DNA from: a virus
Taxonomy: Duplodnaviria; Caudoviricetes
DNA length: 32,541 nucleotides
Reading direction: 5' to 3' (one strand)
IMG/VR virus record: IMGVR_UViG_3300048576_000538
Coordinates: 1 to 32,541 of that record
Of the stretch, positions 16,872 to 24,632 are shown piece after piece. A model generated the notes under the pieces. It searched no databases and was not told the origin of the DNA. It was given only the letters and a program-made list of their open reading frames with translations. The position numbers and the translations under genes were made by a program. How positions within the stretch are numbered: the first letter of the stretch is position 1; each line of letters starts with the position of its first letter.

Positions 16872-18516
16872 AATAAACCTCGTGACGCCCCCCGTATGGG
16901 TTAATGATGTACCCACCTACTGCCATAATCATGCTAATGATTGTATCGATACGCTCCCGCGCCTTGCTCTTATCCGGCTTGCAGTTCCCCTTGTTGTCGT
17001 ACTTCAATTCAACGTTGTGGAATTGCCACTTAAGGATGTCTTTACACTTGACATCTATCACAACTTCCTTAAGGTAGATTTGCCGCTCGAAGTGCTTAGT
17101 AGGCTTGTTAAAGTTGGCGATGCCTTGTGCAAAGCCCTCGATAGGTAGCCCGGCTTCATCCGCGTTAATCAAAAATTGCGAGGCGTTCCAAGTGTCCGTT
17201 TCAACATTCACAATGTTGCACATTTCCGACACCTTAAGGATGTCATCTAGCACTACGTTGTAGTCAGTTATGTTTCCATCGGTTAGCGTTAGCTGCCCAT
17301 CCGCTGCCCAACGCTTATACATTTCCTTATCTTTTTTGGTGTTTACGCTATCGGCTGGCAGGTAGATGTTATTGAACATGTACATTCTATCATCGTTCTC
17401 ACGCCGGAAAAGAAACGAAACGCTGGTTAAGTCGCGGTTTTGCGATAGGTCCACACCTACCCAGCAGTCGCACCCGGCGAAATCCTCAATATTCAGCGGC
17501 TCAAAAACAGGTATAACGCTTTCCTCGGGTATCCATAATTCGCGCGTCGATTCGGTAGAGGACCACATGTTGAAGTTCTTAACCGTAATACCCACCAACT
17601 CCGATGGATTATTTCGAGCACGGTTAAGCTCGTTGGCTAGAAACTCTACCTTAACCGTAACGTTTAAGTTTGGGTTAGACTTGTACCAGGTGCTAGGATC
17701 GTCCAGCTCTTCGATGCTCTCCTGTTCGAATATCATTGCAAATTGGGTTTCGTCAATTTGCTTGCCGCTTAGTATGTTCTTGCAGTAGGTGTACTGGTTC
17801 ATGGCAAAGCCATCGGTACTAAAGCCAGCCGTGGTAATGCAAATAATTAGCGGCTCTTCCCGGAACCCCTGCGATGATTTGAGCACGTTGAATAGCGCAT
17901 CATCCGGGTAGCTGTGTATTTCGTCAAGTGTAGATATTGAAAGGTTTAGACCATCGAGGCGCTTACTATCCGAACTTACTATCTTAAGCTCGTTGTCCTT
18001 ATACTTAAGCGCGTTAAAGTACTGCGTAATGTACTTTTGCTTTGGGTCAATGGAACGGGCAAACCCCTTGCAGCTATCGAGTAGCAGCTTTGCTTGCTCG
18101 CGGCTGTTGGCCGCAATAACGGCCCTCATGCTCGGGTCGTTGTCTAACCCTACCAAGTGGTAAAGATTGGCCGCACCCATTAGGGCGCTTTTGCCGTTCT
18201 TACGGCTCACGAAAATAAAGGCATATCGGTATTTTCGCTTCCCAGTTTCCTTAACCTTTAGCCCGTAAATGTTCCCAAAAATAAATAGCTGCCATGGCTC
18301 CAACTCGAATGGCACACCATCAAAAGCCCCCGTAAAATGCTTAAGCGATGAAGTGAATGCAACGAATTTCGCTATCTCCTTTTCATCGAAATAGTATCGT
18401 TCATCCTCAACATCGCTCAAAAATCTGTTTACCGCATCCTTAACCGCTTGGCATGCGATTAAATCCCCCGAGTTAACAGCGTCGCAATAGTCTACTATTT
18501 TTTCTAGGTACATCAA
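16870..18516 (-). CDS. terL: Terminase large subunit
   Basis: LEPWQ, RKNGKS Walker A, LDEIH Walker B, ITTAG, GVDLS..DLT nuclease motif, RID. Confidence 0.95.
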   Translation of the reverse strand: MMYLEKIVDYCDAVNSGDLIACQAVKDAVNRFLSDVEDERYYFDEKEIAKFVAFTSSLKHFTGAFDGVPFELEPWQLFIFGNIYGLKVKETGKRKYRYAFIFVSRKNGKSALMGAANLYHLVGLDNDPSMRAVIAANSREQAKLLLDSCKGFARSIDPKQKYITQYFNALKYKDNELKIVSSDSKRLDGLNLSISTLDEIHSYPDDALFNVLKSSQGFREEPLIICITTAGFSTDGFAMNQYTYCKNILSGKQIDETQFAMIFEQESIEELDDPSTWYKSNPNLNVTVKVEFLANELNRARNNPSELVGITVKNFNMWSSTESTRELWIPEESVIPVFEPLNIEDFAGCDCWVGVDLSQNRDLTSVSFLFRRENDDRMYMFNNIYLPADSVNTKKDKEMYKRWAADGQLTLTDGNITDYNVVLDDILKVSEMCNIVNVETDTWNASQFLINADEAGLPIEGFAQGIANFNKPTKHFERQIYLKEVVIDVKCKDILKWQFHNVELKYDNKGNCKPDKSKARERIDTIISMIMAVGGYIINPYGGRHEVY

Positions 18517-18884
18517 CCATTTCTTACTTTATCAACCATTTCTTGAAATGGGTCCTTTTCATCCGGCTCGGGTTGCTTTATCCTTTCGCGGCTTTTTGGT
18601 GTCATTCCGAATTCCGTTAGGTACTTGCTTATTTGAGCCTGTAGCCTCAGCATCATATTCATGTGCATATTTTCCTTGGTGGCCTCTGTTCCATTCGATC
18701 TATAGTATTTCACTATTAGTCCACTTTTATCTAAGTCAGCAACGCACTTGTTGTAGTACCCGATGCACTGCGATAGCATTTGCAACGCGATTTCGTCCTT
18801 ATCGGATAGTTCCCCTAACTTTTCTCGTATGCCTTTCTCGATGCTTTTTGCATTCAGTTTTTTTGAACTTCTCGGTTTTGTCAT
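18513..18884 (-). CDS. terS: Terminase small subunit (P27 family)
   Basis: C-terminal EFGMTPKSR motif; immediately upstream of terL. Confidence 0.88.
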   Translation of the reverse strand: MTKPRSSKKLNAKSIEKGIREKLGELSDKDEIALQMLSQCIGYYNKCVADLDKSGLIVKYYRSNGTEATKENMHMNMMLRLQAQISKYLTEFGMTPKSRERIKQPEPDEKDPFQEMVDKVRNG

Positions 18885-18998
18885 GTCTTAAAAAAATGGG
18901 GTCACGAAAATTTCAGAAATTTCTCACGTTCAACTGGGGTAGAGGATATAACGACCTTCGCCGTTTTTTTAAACCCCTTCCCCGTTTTTGAATAGAGT
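18885..18998. other. Probable cos/packaging region
   Basis: Non-coding gap just upstream of terS with minus-strand GGGGAAGGGGTTTAAAA...; the usual cos position in HK97-like phages. Confidence 0.4.
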
Positions 18999-19628
18999 TT
19001 ACATCAAAGGCTTGCACTTGATGTCTAGGGTGGATGAAACCGAGCGGATATAAGACACCGATAGCTTTAACGTATCGGAGCAGTACGGTATGAAGCCAGC
19101 CATCTCGTAATCGTTCGCCTCCGCATAATCTATAAGAAGAGATAGTATTGCAACTCTTGTTGAATTCAATACCTTTTGTTCTTCAATCTTTTCGCGTATG
19201 TCGCAAATAAAGCGCTGCCTTGCGGTGGCTTTCTCTTCCTTGCTCTCAAGCAGCGGGGCTTCATTGTCCACTATCCTTGCCAGTACCAAGTCGCTTTCGT
19301 TGCTTTGATCGTTGTACTTGGTTAGCGGGTTCTTACGCATTGCATACTGACGTATGTAGCGACGTATTGCCGTTGTAACAAAGGCTTGTGCCGACTGCCA
19401 ATCGGTAATAAGGCTAAAGACTTCTAGCGCCTTAATGGTTGCGTCTTGGCGTAAATCTTCGCTGGTGGCAAGCTTAAGCTGGTTTAGCTCTATGCTAATG
19501 ATTGTGTTTATTGCTGGTAGTATTGATTTCTCAAAGAGCCTATCCCTCTTGGCCGATGCTTCGAGAGATAGGTACTCTTTAATAGCCGATGTAGTTTCGG
19601 CACTCCAAAAGAATGTATGTGTTTTCAA
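18999..19628 (-). CDS. Putative phage-encoded sigma factor (sigma70 region 2-like, late sigma)
   Basis: EDLRQDATIKALE....AQAFVTTAIRRYIRQY resembles sigma region 2.2-2.4; HTH-like C-terminus; TTG start; sits in the late-regulator position. Confidence 0.6.
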   Translation of the reverse strand: MKTHTFFWSAETTSAIKEYLSLEASAKRDRLFEKSILPAINTIISIELNQLKLATSEDLRQDATIKALEVFSLITDWQSAQAFVTTAIRRYIRQYAMRKNPLTKYNDQSNESDLVLARIVDNEAPLLESKEEKATARQRFICDIREKIEEQKVLNSTRVAILSLLIDYAEANDYEMAGFIPYCSDTLKLSVSYIRSVSSTLDIKCKPLM

Positions 19629-19674
19629 ATTACTACGGTATTACTAGTGTATGCCTAAAGACTAACTTTCTGTA

Positions 19675-19699
19675 TAAATATTGGATGGCCTCTTTTTTT
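19675..19699 (-). promoter_or_regulatory. Putative late-type promoter upstream of the sigma-like gene
   Basis: A7-N9-CAATATTTA. Confidence 0.55.
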
Positions 19700-19705
19700 A
19701 TTCCT

Positions 19706-19873
19706 TTACTTCTTGTTCTCTCCCGGGTCAGTCTCTTCTTGTATTTGAGGAGGTGGATTAAGCGCTTTACCTATTCCCATCATTAACCCTGCAACTTCTC
19801 GATATGGCTGCTGGGATAAATAATTTGCTATATCATTAAGCATCCTCGCTTCTACTAATACTTGATTGTTCAT
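19706..19873 (-). CDS. Small hypothetical protein (55 aa, MNNQVLVEARMLNDIANYLSQQPYREVAGLMM...), absent from the ORF track
   Basis: Translated by hand; A-rich leader; downstream of a consensus host promoter. Confidence 0.6.
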   Translation of the reverse strand: MNNQVLVEARMLNDIANYLSQQPYREVAGLMMGIGKALNPPPQIQEETDPGENKK

Positions 19874-19908
19874 TCCAATTGTTTTTTATGTTGTAAATAT
19901 CTTTTAAT

Positions 19909-19939
19909 CAAAAGTATGCTATTACATTCCGCGCTCAAA
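19909..19939 (-). promoter_or_regulatory. Bacteroidota sigmaA promoter for the 55-aa ORF and sigma-like gene
   Basis: TTTG-N19-TACTTTTG on the minus strand. Confidence 0.65.
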
Positions 19940-20049
19940 ATCACCCATTCACACAATTAAAACTACTGTTAATTATATTTCTTTCTCCGCTATACGGCTT
20001 TACATTTATTTAACTGTTTTGCTTCGTGCTTTTGGGTTGCCTCAACAGC

Positions 20050-20077
20050 AAAAAAGGCTCCCCGAATGGAGAGCCTT
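20050..20077 (-). terminator. Intrinsic terminator ending the early/middle operon
   Basis: AAGGCTCTCC-ATTC-GGGGAGCCTTTTTT. Confidence 0.8.
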
Positions 20078-20102
20078 ACTAGTTTCAACATTGGTTTAAT
20101 AA

Positions 20103-20312
20103 CTATTCGTCAAGTCTTAACTCTTTCCTAAACTTTACCCGCAACTCTTCAACACCCGCAAGCACCTCTAAAGGCTGCTTACACCAAGGGCAAACTGCAG
20201 TTTCGCTCTTTCCCGCTAGCTGTATAATCCCGTGCTTCTTGCAGTCGTAGGTAGTAAGGCTATCGGTGGCGGTAGCGATAAGCATCTTTTCAACCTTTGC
20301 GAATCTTCTCAT
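20103..20312 (-). CDS. Small Cys-containing hypothetical protein
   Basis: CKKH...CPWC possible Zn ribbon; coupled to the upstream gene. Confidence 0.55.
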   Translation of the reverse strand: MRRFAKVEKMLIATATDSLTTYDCKKHGIIQLAGKSETAVCPWCKQPLEVLAGVEELRVKFRKELRLDE

Positions 20313-20752
20313 TCTACTACCTCCTCAACTTTTGGTAAGTATTTCTCGAACTCTTCTTGTGAAATGTGGTAGAACTTGTGGCAGTAGCTTAGCATAGAAA
20401 TTTGCTCGATCGCTTCTTCATTTTCGAGAATAACTAATCCGTTATCATCAATCTCACTTACGCAGGCTTCACCGTCGGCGAATGCCTCTTCGAAGGTTGG
20501 GTAGTACTCCGAGTAAACGGCCAGCTTATCGCCTGTGAAGTATTCGATGCCGTTTTCTTCGTGTACCAGGCGCTCTACTGTTTCGGGGATAACTTCGTAA
20601 CCATCTAAAGAGTGGCAATCTTTAGGGTAAATGTGTGATATGGGGAGTATAAACATTTTCCCATGCTTAGGACCTACCCCGTGAATTACATCGCCGCATA
20701 CTAATTCTCTATTATCAACTCTTTGGGCTCTAAATAGTATTTTCTGTTTCAT
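20309..20752 (-). CDS. YopX-like protein
   Basis: ILFRAQRVDNRELVCGD..YEVIPETV; start reassigned to ATG 20752. Confidence 0.7.
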   Translation of the reverse strand: MKQKILFRAQRVDNRELVCGDVIHGVGPKHGKMFILPISHIYPKDCHSLDGYEVIPETVERLVHEENGIEYFTGDKLAVYSEYYPTFEEAFADGEACVSEIDDNGLVILENEEAIEQISMLSYCHKFYHISQEEFEKYLPKVEEVVE

Positions 20753-20766
20753 TGTTAAGCCTCCTT

Positions 20767-20934
20767 TTATAAGTGATCTTGTTGTATTTCCTGCCATGTT
20801 ACGCCGTCGGTGGTGTATTGCCACTTGTACAAGTCGTAAACTACCATGCCTACACCATCGCAGTAGTGATTTTCGGCGTCGAACCACTCGGTAACAAATG
20901 GCTGGTTGTCGGGTGTGGTAACTAGGTATCTCAT
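20767..20934 (-). CDS. Small hypothetical protein (55 aa, MRYLVTTPDNQPFVTEWFDAENHY...), absent from the ORF track
   Basis: Translated by hand; ATGA overlap with the upstream stop; fills the gap. Confidence 0.65.
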   Translation of the reverse strand: MRYLVTTPDNQPFVTEWFDAENHYCDGVGMVVYDLYKWQYTTDGVTWQEIQQDHL

Positions 20935-21725
20935 GCCTCAACCTCCTCAACATAAGCAAGTGAAAACTCCTTTTCGATAATTACGTTACATGTAATCGTC
21001 TTAGCCTCCTGTACGGTAGTTTTGAAATCTTCGGGCTCGTCGGTATTGTTTTCCTTTGCCCGTGCCTCCAATACCATATTATATAGGTACTCTGTAACGA
21101 TCTCCTTGGCGCTATCTACATCGGTGGTGTACACTACGAAGGTGTAGCTGCCTCCTGTTTCGTCGTATGAGAGGCTAATGTCTAGCTTGTAGTACTTCTT
21201 TTCGTCTGTATCTTCGATTTCGGGCTGCTGGTCCTTCTCTTCGTCAGTTGGCAATTCGGGATTTATGATTATGCAATTGCCAAAATCCTTAGCCCCTACG
21301 AAGTAGAAATACTGCGTATAGTTCAATTCTATGTAGTCCTTTGCCACCTCAACGGCCATTTCTATAGAGTTGGCGTGGAGTAGCAGCTTTTTGTTTTTAC
21401 CTCCTATGCAGGCAGTAACCAGCCAAGGGCTTAGCCCTGTACGGGTGTAAATGGCCTTGCGGCGCTGGTTCGATACCTCAACGCTCTCGATGTCGCCAGC
21501 CTGCATGTGGAACTGTATTCGCGCTAGCACGTTCTGATCGATTACCGTACCTGCTGCTACAATAATCTCGTTTCGGTCAATTGTTACTACTCTCCCATCG
21601 TCCTCATCTACAAAATCTTCCTTCCAACCTCTTACAACTCGTTTTGCTAAAAACATTCCTAGCATTTCGCGAGGGTCTGAGGTTATTTTCCTGATCTCGC
21701 TTTTTCGGGTTTCAATTGCTTTCAT
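20931..21725 (-). CDS. Protein with RpoB-insertion-like N-terminal domain and two DUF4494-like repeats
   Basis: LAKRVVRGWKEDFVDEDDGRVVTIDRNEII resembles Bacteroidota RpoB; repeated LLHANSIEMA / FVVYTTDVDSA segments. Confidence 0.6.
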   Translation of the reverse strand: MKAIETRKSEIRKITSDPREMLGMFLAKRVVRGWKEDFVDEDDGRVVTIDRNEIIVAAGTVIDQNVLARIQFHMQAGDIESVEVSNQRRKAIYTRTGLSPWLVTACIGGKNKKLLLHANSIEMAVEVAKDYIELNYTQYFYFVGAKDFGNCIIINPELPTDEEKDQQPEIEDTDEKKYYKLDISLSYDETGGSYTFVVYTTDVDSAKEIVTEYLYNMVLEARAKENNTDEPEDFKTTVQEAKTITCNVIIEKEFSLAYVEEVEA

Positions 21726-21736
21726 TAATCGTTGTT

Positions 21737-21946
21737 TTAAAAAAGTTTCAACTGTACGGGCCTTTCGATCTTAAAGCGCTTGCAGTAGTTGCAGGTGGTA
21801 ACCTTGGCGGTGGTGTTCCAGGCGCGGCGGTTAAGCCTCGAATCGCAAGCAACAAACCCGCCTTTTACGTAGTGCTCCACACCCTCAACTACCACAAAGC
21901 CGCTTTCTATCACGTTGCGGCCATTAACAACTTTATAGGTTAGCAT
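21737..21946 (-). CDS. Small hypothetical protein (VTTCNYC, C-terminal QLKLF clamp-binding-like motif)
   Basis: Coupled ORF in the operon. Confidence 0.55.
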   Translation of the reverse strand: MLTYKVVNGRNVIESGFVVVEGVEHYVKGGFVACDSRLNRRAWNTTAKVTTCNYCKRFKIERPVQLKLF

Positions 21947-22128
21947 TATGGTAGTATTTCGTCGCCAGCGCTCTCTAAATCTTCGCCAATCGACTCGAAT
22001 AAATCCTTTGTTGCGGTGGCCTCTTCGCCCATCGTTACGCTTATAGCATCCTTAACCCCTGCTATCGGGGTTAGTGCCATCTTTACGGTTGCGCTGGCTA
22101 CATCGCCTAAAAATCCGAATATGCCCAT
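21946..22128 (-). CDS. Small hypothetical phage protein
   Basis: 60-aa ORF, TAATG coupling to the next gene. Confidence 0.55.
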   Translation of the reverse strand: MGIFGFLGDVASATVKMALTPIAGVKDAISVTMGEEATATKDLFESIGEDLESAGDEILP

Positions 22129-22139
22129 TGTTCTAATGT

Positions 22140-22523
22140 TTATTGTGTTATGTTACTACTGCTTAGTATCTCTCCTAGTCTAATCACAAAGTACCTTTCA
22201 CCCTCAACGGCTCCCCAATTCGTGCGGCCTCCCGTTGCATTAATACCTTTGCATTTTACTGTTATGGTTGGTGCGTTTCTTTGATATCCATTTCGGAAAA
22301 CAACAACATCGAATTGCTTAATTCTGAAATTGTGGTTATGCCATGGCGTTAACTCCCCTCCCCGTAGATAGTGTATAACCGCCTCAACAGTTACTTCCTC
22401 ATCGGTCGGCTCTACTAATTGCTTTATCCAATGCTCTTTTATCTCGCGATACTCTTCTTTCTTCTCCCCGGAAAGAATCATATCAAACCATTTCTTTTTT
22501 AGAACTAAGTGGAATGTTTTCAT
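22140..22523 (-). CDS. ASCH/PUA-domain protein
   Basis: LKKKWFDMILSGEKKEEYRE..FRNGY motif. Confidence 0.85.
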   Translation of the reverse strand: MKTFHLVLKKKWFDMILSGEKKEEYREIKEHWIKQLVEPTDEEVTVEAVIHYLRGGELTPWHNHNFRIKQFDVVVFRNGYQRNAPTITVKCKGINATGGRTNWGAVEGERYFVIRLGEILSSSNITQ

Positions 22524-22837
22524 AGCGTTGTTGATTTTTGAATTACTCGCCCTAAGTCTTTACCGTTAATGCTAATCCTTATTTCCTCTTTTGGCGCATG
22601 GTGAAAAAGTTTGACATGCCACTTCGAATGCACATCTATATATTCTGCTTGCTCCTTAGTTGTGAAGTGTACAGTTCTTACCAATACCCTTATATCGTTT
22701 AGCATCTGCTGCTTTTCTGCCATTACCTCTGCCAGCAATCGCATGGTGTTGTTTTTTGCCCTAATTGCTGTTTTACTTTGCATGTAAAAGGCTGCTGATA
22801 CAAGCCCCATTACTGCCATTAGTACTATTACTTCCAT
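22520..22837 (-). CDS. Hypothetical protein with N-terminal TM
   Basis: MEVIVLMAVMGLVSAAF; start reassigned to ATG 22837. Confidence 0.55.
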   Translation of the reverse strand: MEVIVLMAVMGLVSAAFYMQSKTAIRAKNNTMRLLAEVMAEKQQMLNDIRVLVRTVHFTTKEQAEYIDVHSKWHVKLFHHAPKEEIRISINGKDLGRVIQKSTTL

Positions 22838-22862
22838 CTTTGTTGTTATTGTTGTAATACAC

Positions 22863-23054
22863 TTACCACCATACCTCAAACATTCCGCTTTCATTCATTG
22901 CTTCGATTGCAATATGGTCGGCTTCTTCATCTGATAGACTTTCCCACGTTTCAACACTGCAAATTTCAAAATCACATTCAGACCCTCGCATGTATGTTTT
23001 TACAGTGCCTATAATCATTCCTTCTTGAATCTTTCTTCCTTCTAACGATGCCAT
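22863..23054 (-). CDS. Small acidic hypothetical protein
   Basis: 63-aa ORF in the operon. Confidence 0.55.
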   Translation of the reverse strand: MASLEGRKIQEGMIIGTVKTYMRGSECDFEICSVETWESLSDEEADHIAIEAMNESGMFEVWW

Positions 23055-23063
23055 TTCTTTTCG

Positions 23064-23303
23064 TTACTGTTCCGAGTTGCTTGGCAATTCGAAGGGTTTG
23101 CACTCTAATTTCTTTCTTACTATTCGCCTACCCGATCCGCTGCAATCGGTGCAAAGTGGCTCGCTGTACTGGTTCGAAAATGCGTCTGTTTGCGGAATCT
23201 TACCCCAGCCGTTGCACGTTTTACATATTCGCACCCTGTACCCGTCTAGCTGTAGGCTTTCTATTGTTGGACCTGTTGGTTCCCATTCTACTTTTTTCCC
23301 CAT
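23064..23303 (-). CDS. DnaJ-type CxxCxGxG zinc-finger protein
   Basis: CKTCNGWG and CTDCSGSG. Confidence 0.75.
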   Translation of the reverse strand: MGKKVEWEPTGPTIESLQLDGYRVRICKTCNGWGKIPQTDAFSNQYSEPLCTDCSGSGRRIVRKKLECKPFELPSNSEQ

Positions 23304-23304
23304 T

Positions 23305-23673
23305 TCAAAACATTGTTAGCTGTACTGGTTGGTTTGCTATGCTATCGGCTGGCTTGTTGAGGCTCCTAAATAATTTTCGCCACTTTTCCGAGCGTTTTAA
23401 CGCCTCTTCCGATATTACCGGGCGCTTGGCGCTTACCACCTCTACCGTGTCGTTAAAGAGCCATTTCGCCGCCTCTACCACCTCTTCTAAGCCTCGTTCG
23501 CCTATTCGCTTTTCCGGGTATTCGTCAATCCCTAAGTTGATGTTCTTATACCCCGAGGCTAGCAGCTGGTGGCTGGTGTCGTAAAACTGAAACCTAACGC
23601 AGTTTCCAAAATCGCACCTAATCTGTGCTTTAATATCCACGCCCTTAACGCGGATGCCTACCTCCATGTACAT
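23305..23673 (-). CDS. Hypothetical protein (C-terminal QLTMF clamp-binding-like motif)
   Basis: TAATG coupling at 23673. Confidence 0.55.
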   Translation of the reverse strand: MYMEVGIRVKGVDIKAQIRCDFGNCVRFQFYDTSHQLLASGYKNINLGIDEYPEKRIGERGLEEVVEAAKWLFNDTVEVVSAKRPVISEEALKRSEKWRKLFRSLNKPADSIANQPVQLTMF

Positions 23674-24338
23674 TACGCTTGGCTCATCGATAGTTCCACA
23701 TACTTCCATACCCCTTTTCCGTCCTTGTACTTAGCCTTAACGTAGGTAGATGTTTTTACAGGCTTGTACCCTTGCTGCAGCAGGTCTAGCGCTTCAATCA
23801 ACTCCCTATCGCCAAACTGCTTTGCCTTGTTGTGGAGTTCCATTACTCGCGATGCTTTCAGCTTTCCATCGCCAGTTGCATTCAGCAGGTCGCGAACCAT
23901 CGATACAAACATTTCGTTATCCTTGTTGATCTTCGAGGTTAGCCACCTATCAATCCTTGCCTTTGCCGCTGCGGTTAGGTCCTCATCCCAACCATCGATA
24001 ACGTTATACCCGGTGATAATGCTCTTGGTAGCCCTACGGTTAGTGAAGGTGTGGCTCTGCTGCTTGGCTAAGTCCTCAACCGTTAACCCATGTAATTCTT
24101 TCTTTAGCTCAAGAAGCGGTTCAACAGCATCAAACACCCGCTTCTTTCCTTCCTTTAAATCGTAAGAAAGACAGGTAAGGAAATCGAACAGCTCCACAAT
24201 GCAGGTTTCCTTTAGCTCATCGTAGGCTATTCTATCGTTCTGCTGCTTTACCGCCCTTTCCTCTTCCTCTTTTCGTAGCTGATCTAAAAGCGCCGCCTTT
24301 TGCTCGGGGGTTAGATCGTTAATGTTGATCGGTTCCAT
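23673..24338 (-). CDS. DUF3164-family protein
   Basis: QQSHTFT..I.GY...DGWD, G.LKASRV.EL, Y.PVKTSTYV.A..KD motifs. Confidence 0.75.
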   Translation of the reverse strand: MEPININDLTPEQKAALLDQLRKEEEERAVKQQNDRIAYDELKETCIVELFDFLTCLSYDLKEGKKRVFDAVEPLLELKKELHGLTVEDLAKQQSHTFTNRRATKSIITGYNVIDGWDEDLTAAAKARIDRWLTSKINKDNEMFVSMVRDLLNATGDGKLKASRVMELHNKAKQFGDRELIEALDLLQQGYKPVKTSTYVKAKYKDGKGVWKYVELSMSQA

Positions 24339-24383
24339 TCTTTCTATTTTTTTGATTCTTCTTTTACTTCCTGTTGATTTCGC

Positions 24384-24403
24384 AATAGCGACTATTCGCT
24401 ATT
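24384..24403. promoter_or_regulatory. Palindrome AATAGCGA-CTAT-TCGCTATT, operator candidate
   Basis: Identical 19-mer at 28371-28389; variant at 27602-27619. Confidence 0.5.
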
Positions 24404-24410
24404 TTTTTCT

Positions 24411-24548
24411 CTTACGTCCCTAAAGCCCCTCGCTTCGCTCAGGGCTTCCCTTCCGGGACGTATAAGACATGTTGCCGGATTGGAGAGGACACCTATATAG
24501 GCTCCCGAATGACAAATATTTTTTTGCCAACTTTTGCCAACTTTTCCG
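24411..24548. other. Candidate replication origin: nested hairpin, CCTATATAGG palindrome, TTTTGCCAAC tandem repeat
   Basis: TACGTCCC/GGGACGTA and AAGCCC/GGGCTT inverted repeats; non-coding; directly downstream of rep. Confidence 0.45.
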
Positions 24549-24632
24549 CATTGCGTTTTTATCCTTCTCATTTTAAGCGTTTTATATTTTTCTCACTTCT
24601 TGACGTTTTAGCCTTTGCTATCCTTTTAAGCC

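Noticed and set aside
1951-19628. Stop-codon reassignment
   Set aside because: Structural and lysis genes are full length and tightly packed in the standard code
19855-19864. Eighth late-promoter copy (CTAATACTTG, + strand)
   Set aside because: Opposite orientation, inside an ORF, and no A-tract at the right spacing
20753-20959. N-terminal extension of ORF 20309-20959
   Set aside because: The YopX-like domain begins at ATG 20752, and the interval is better explained by the 55-aa ORF 20767-20934
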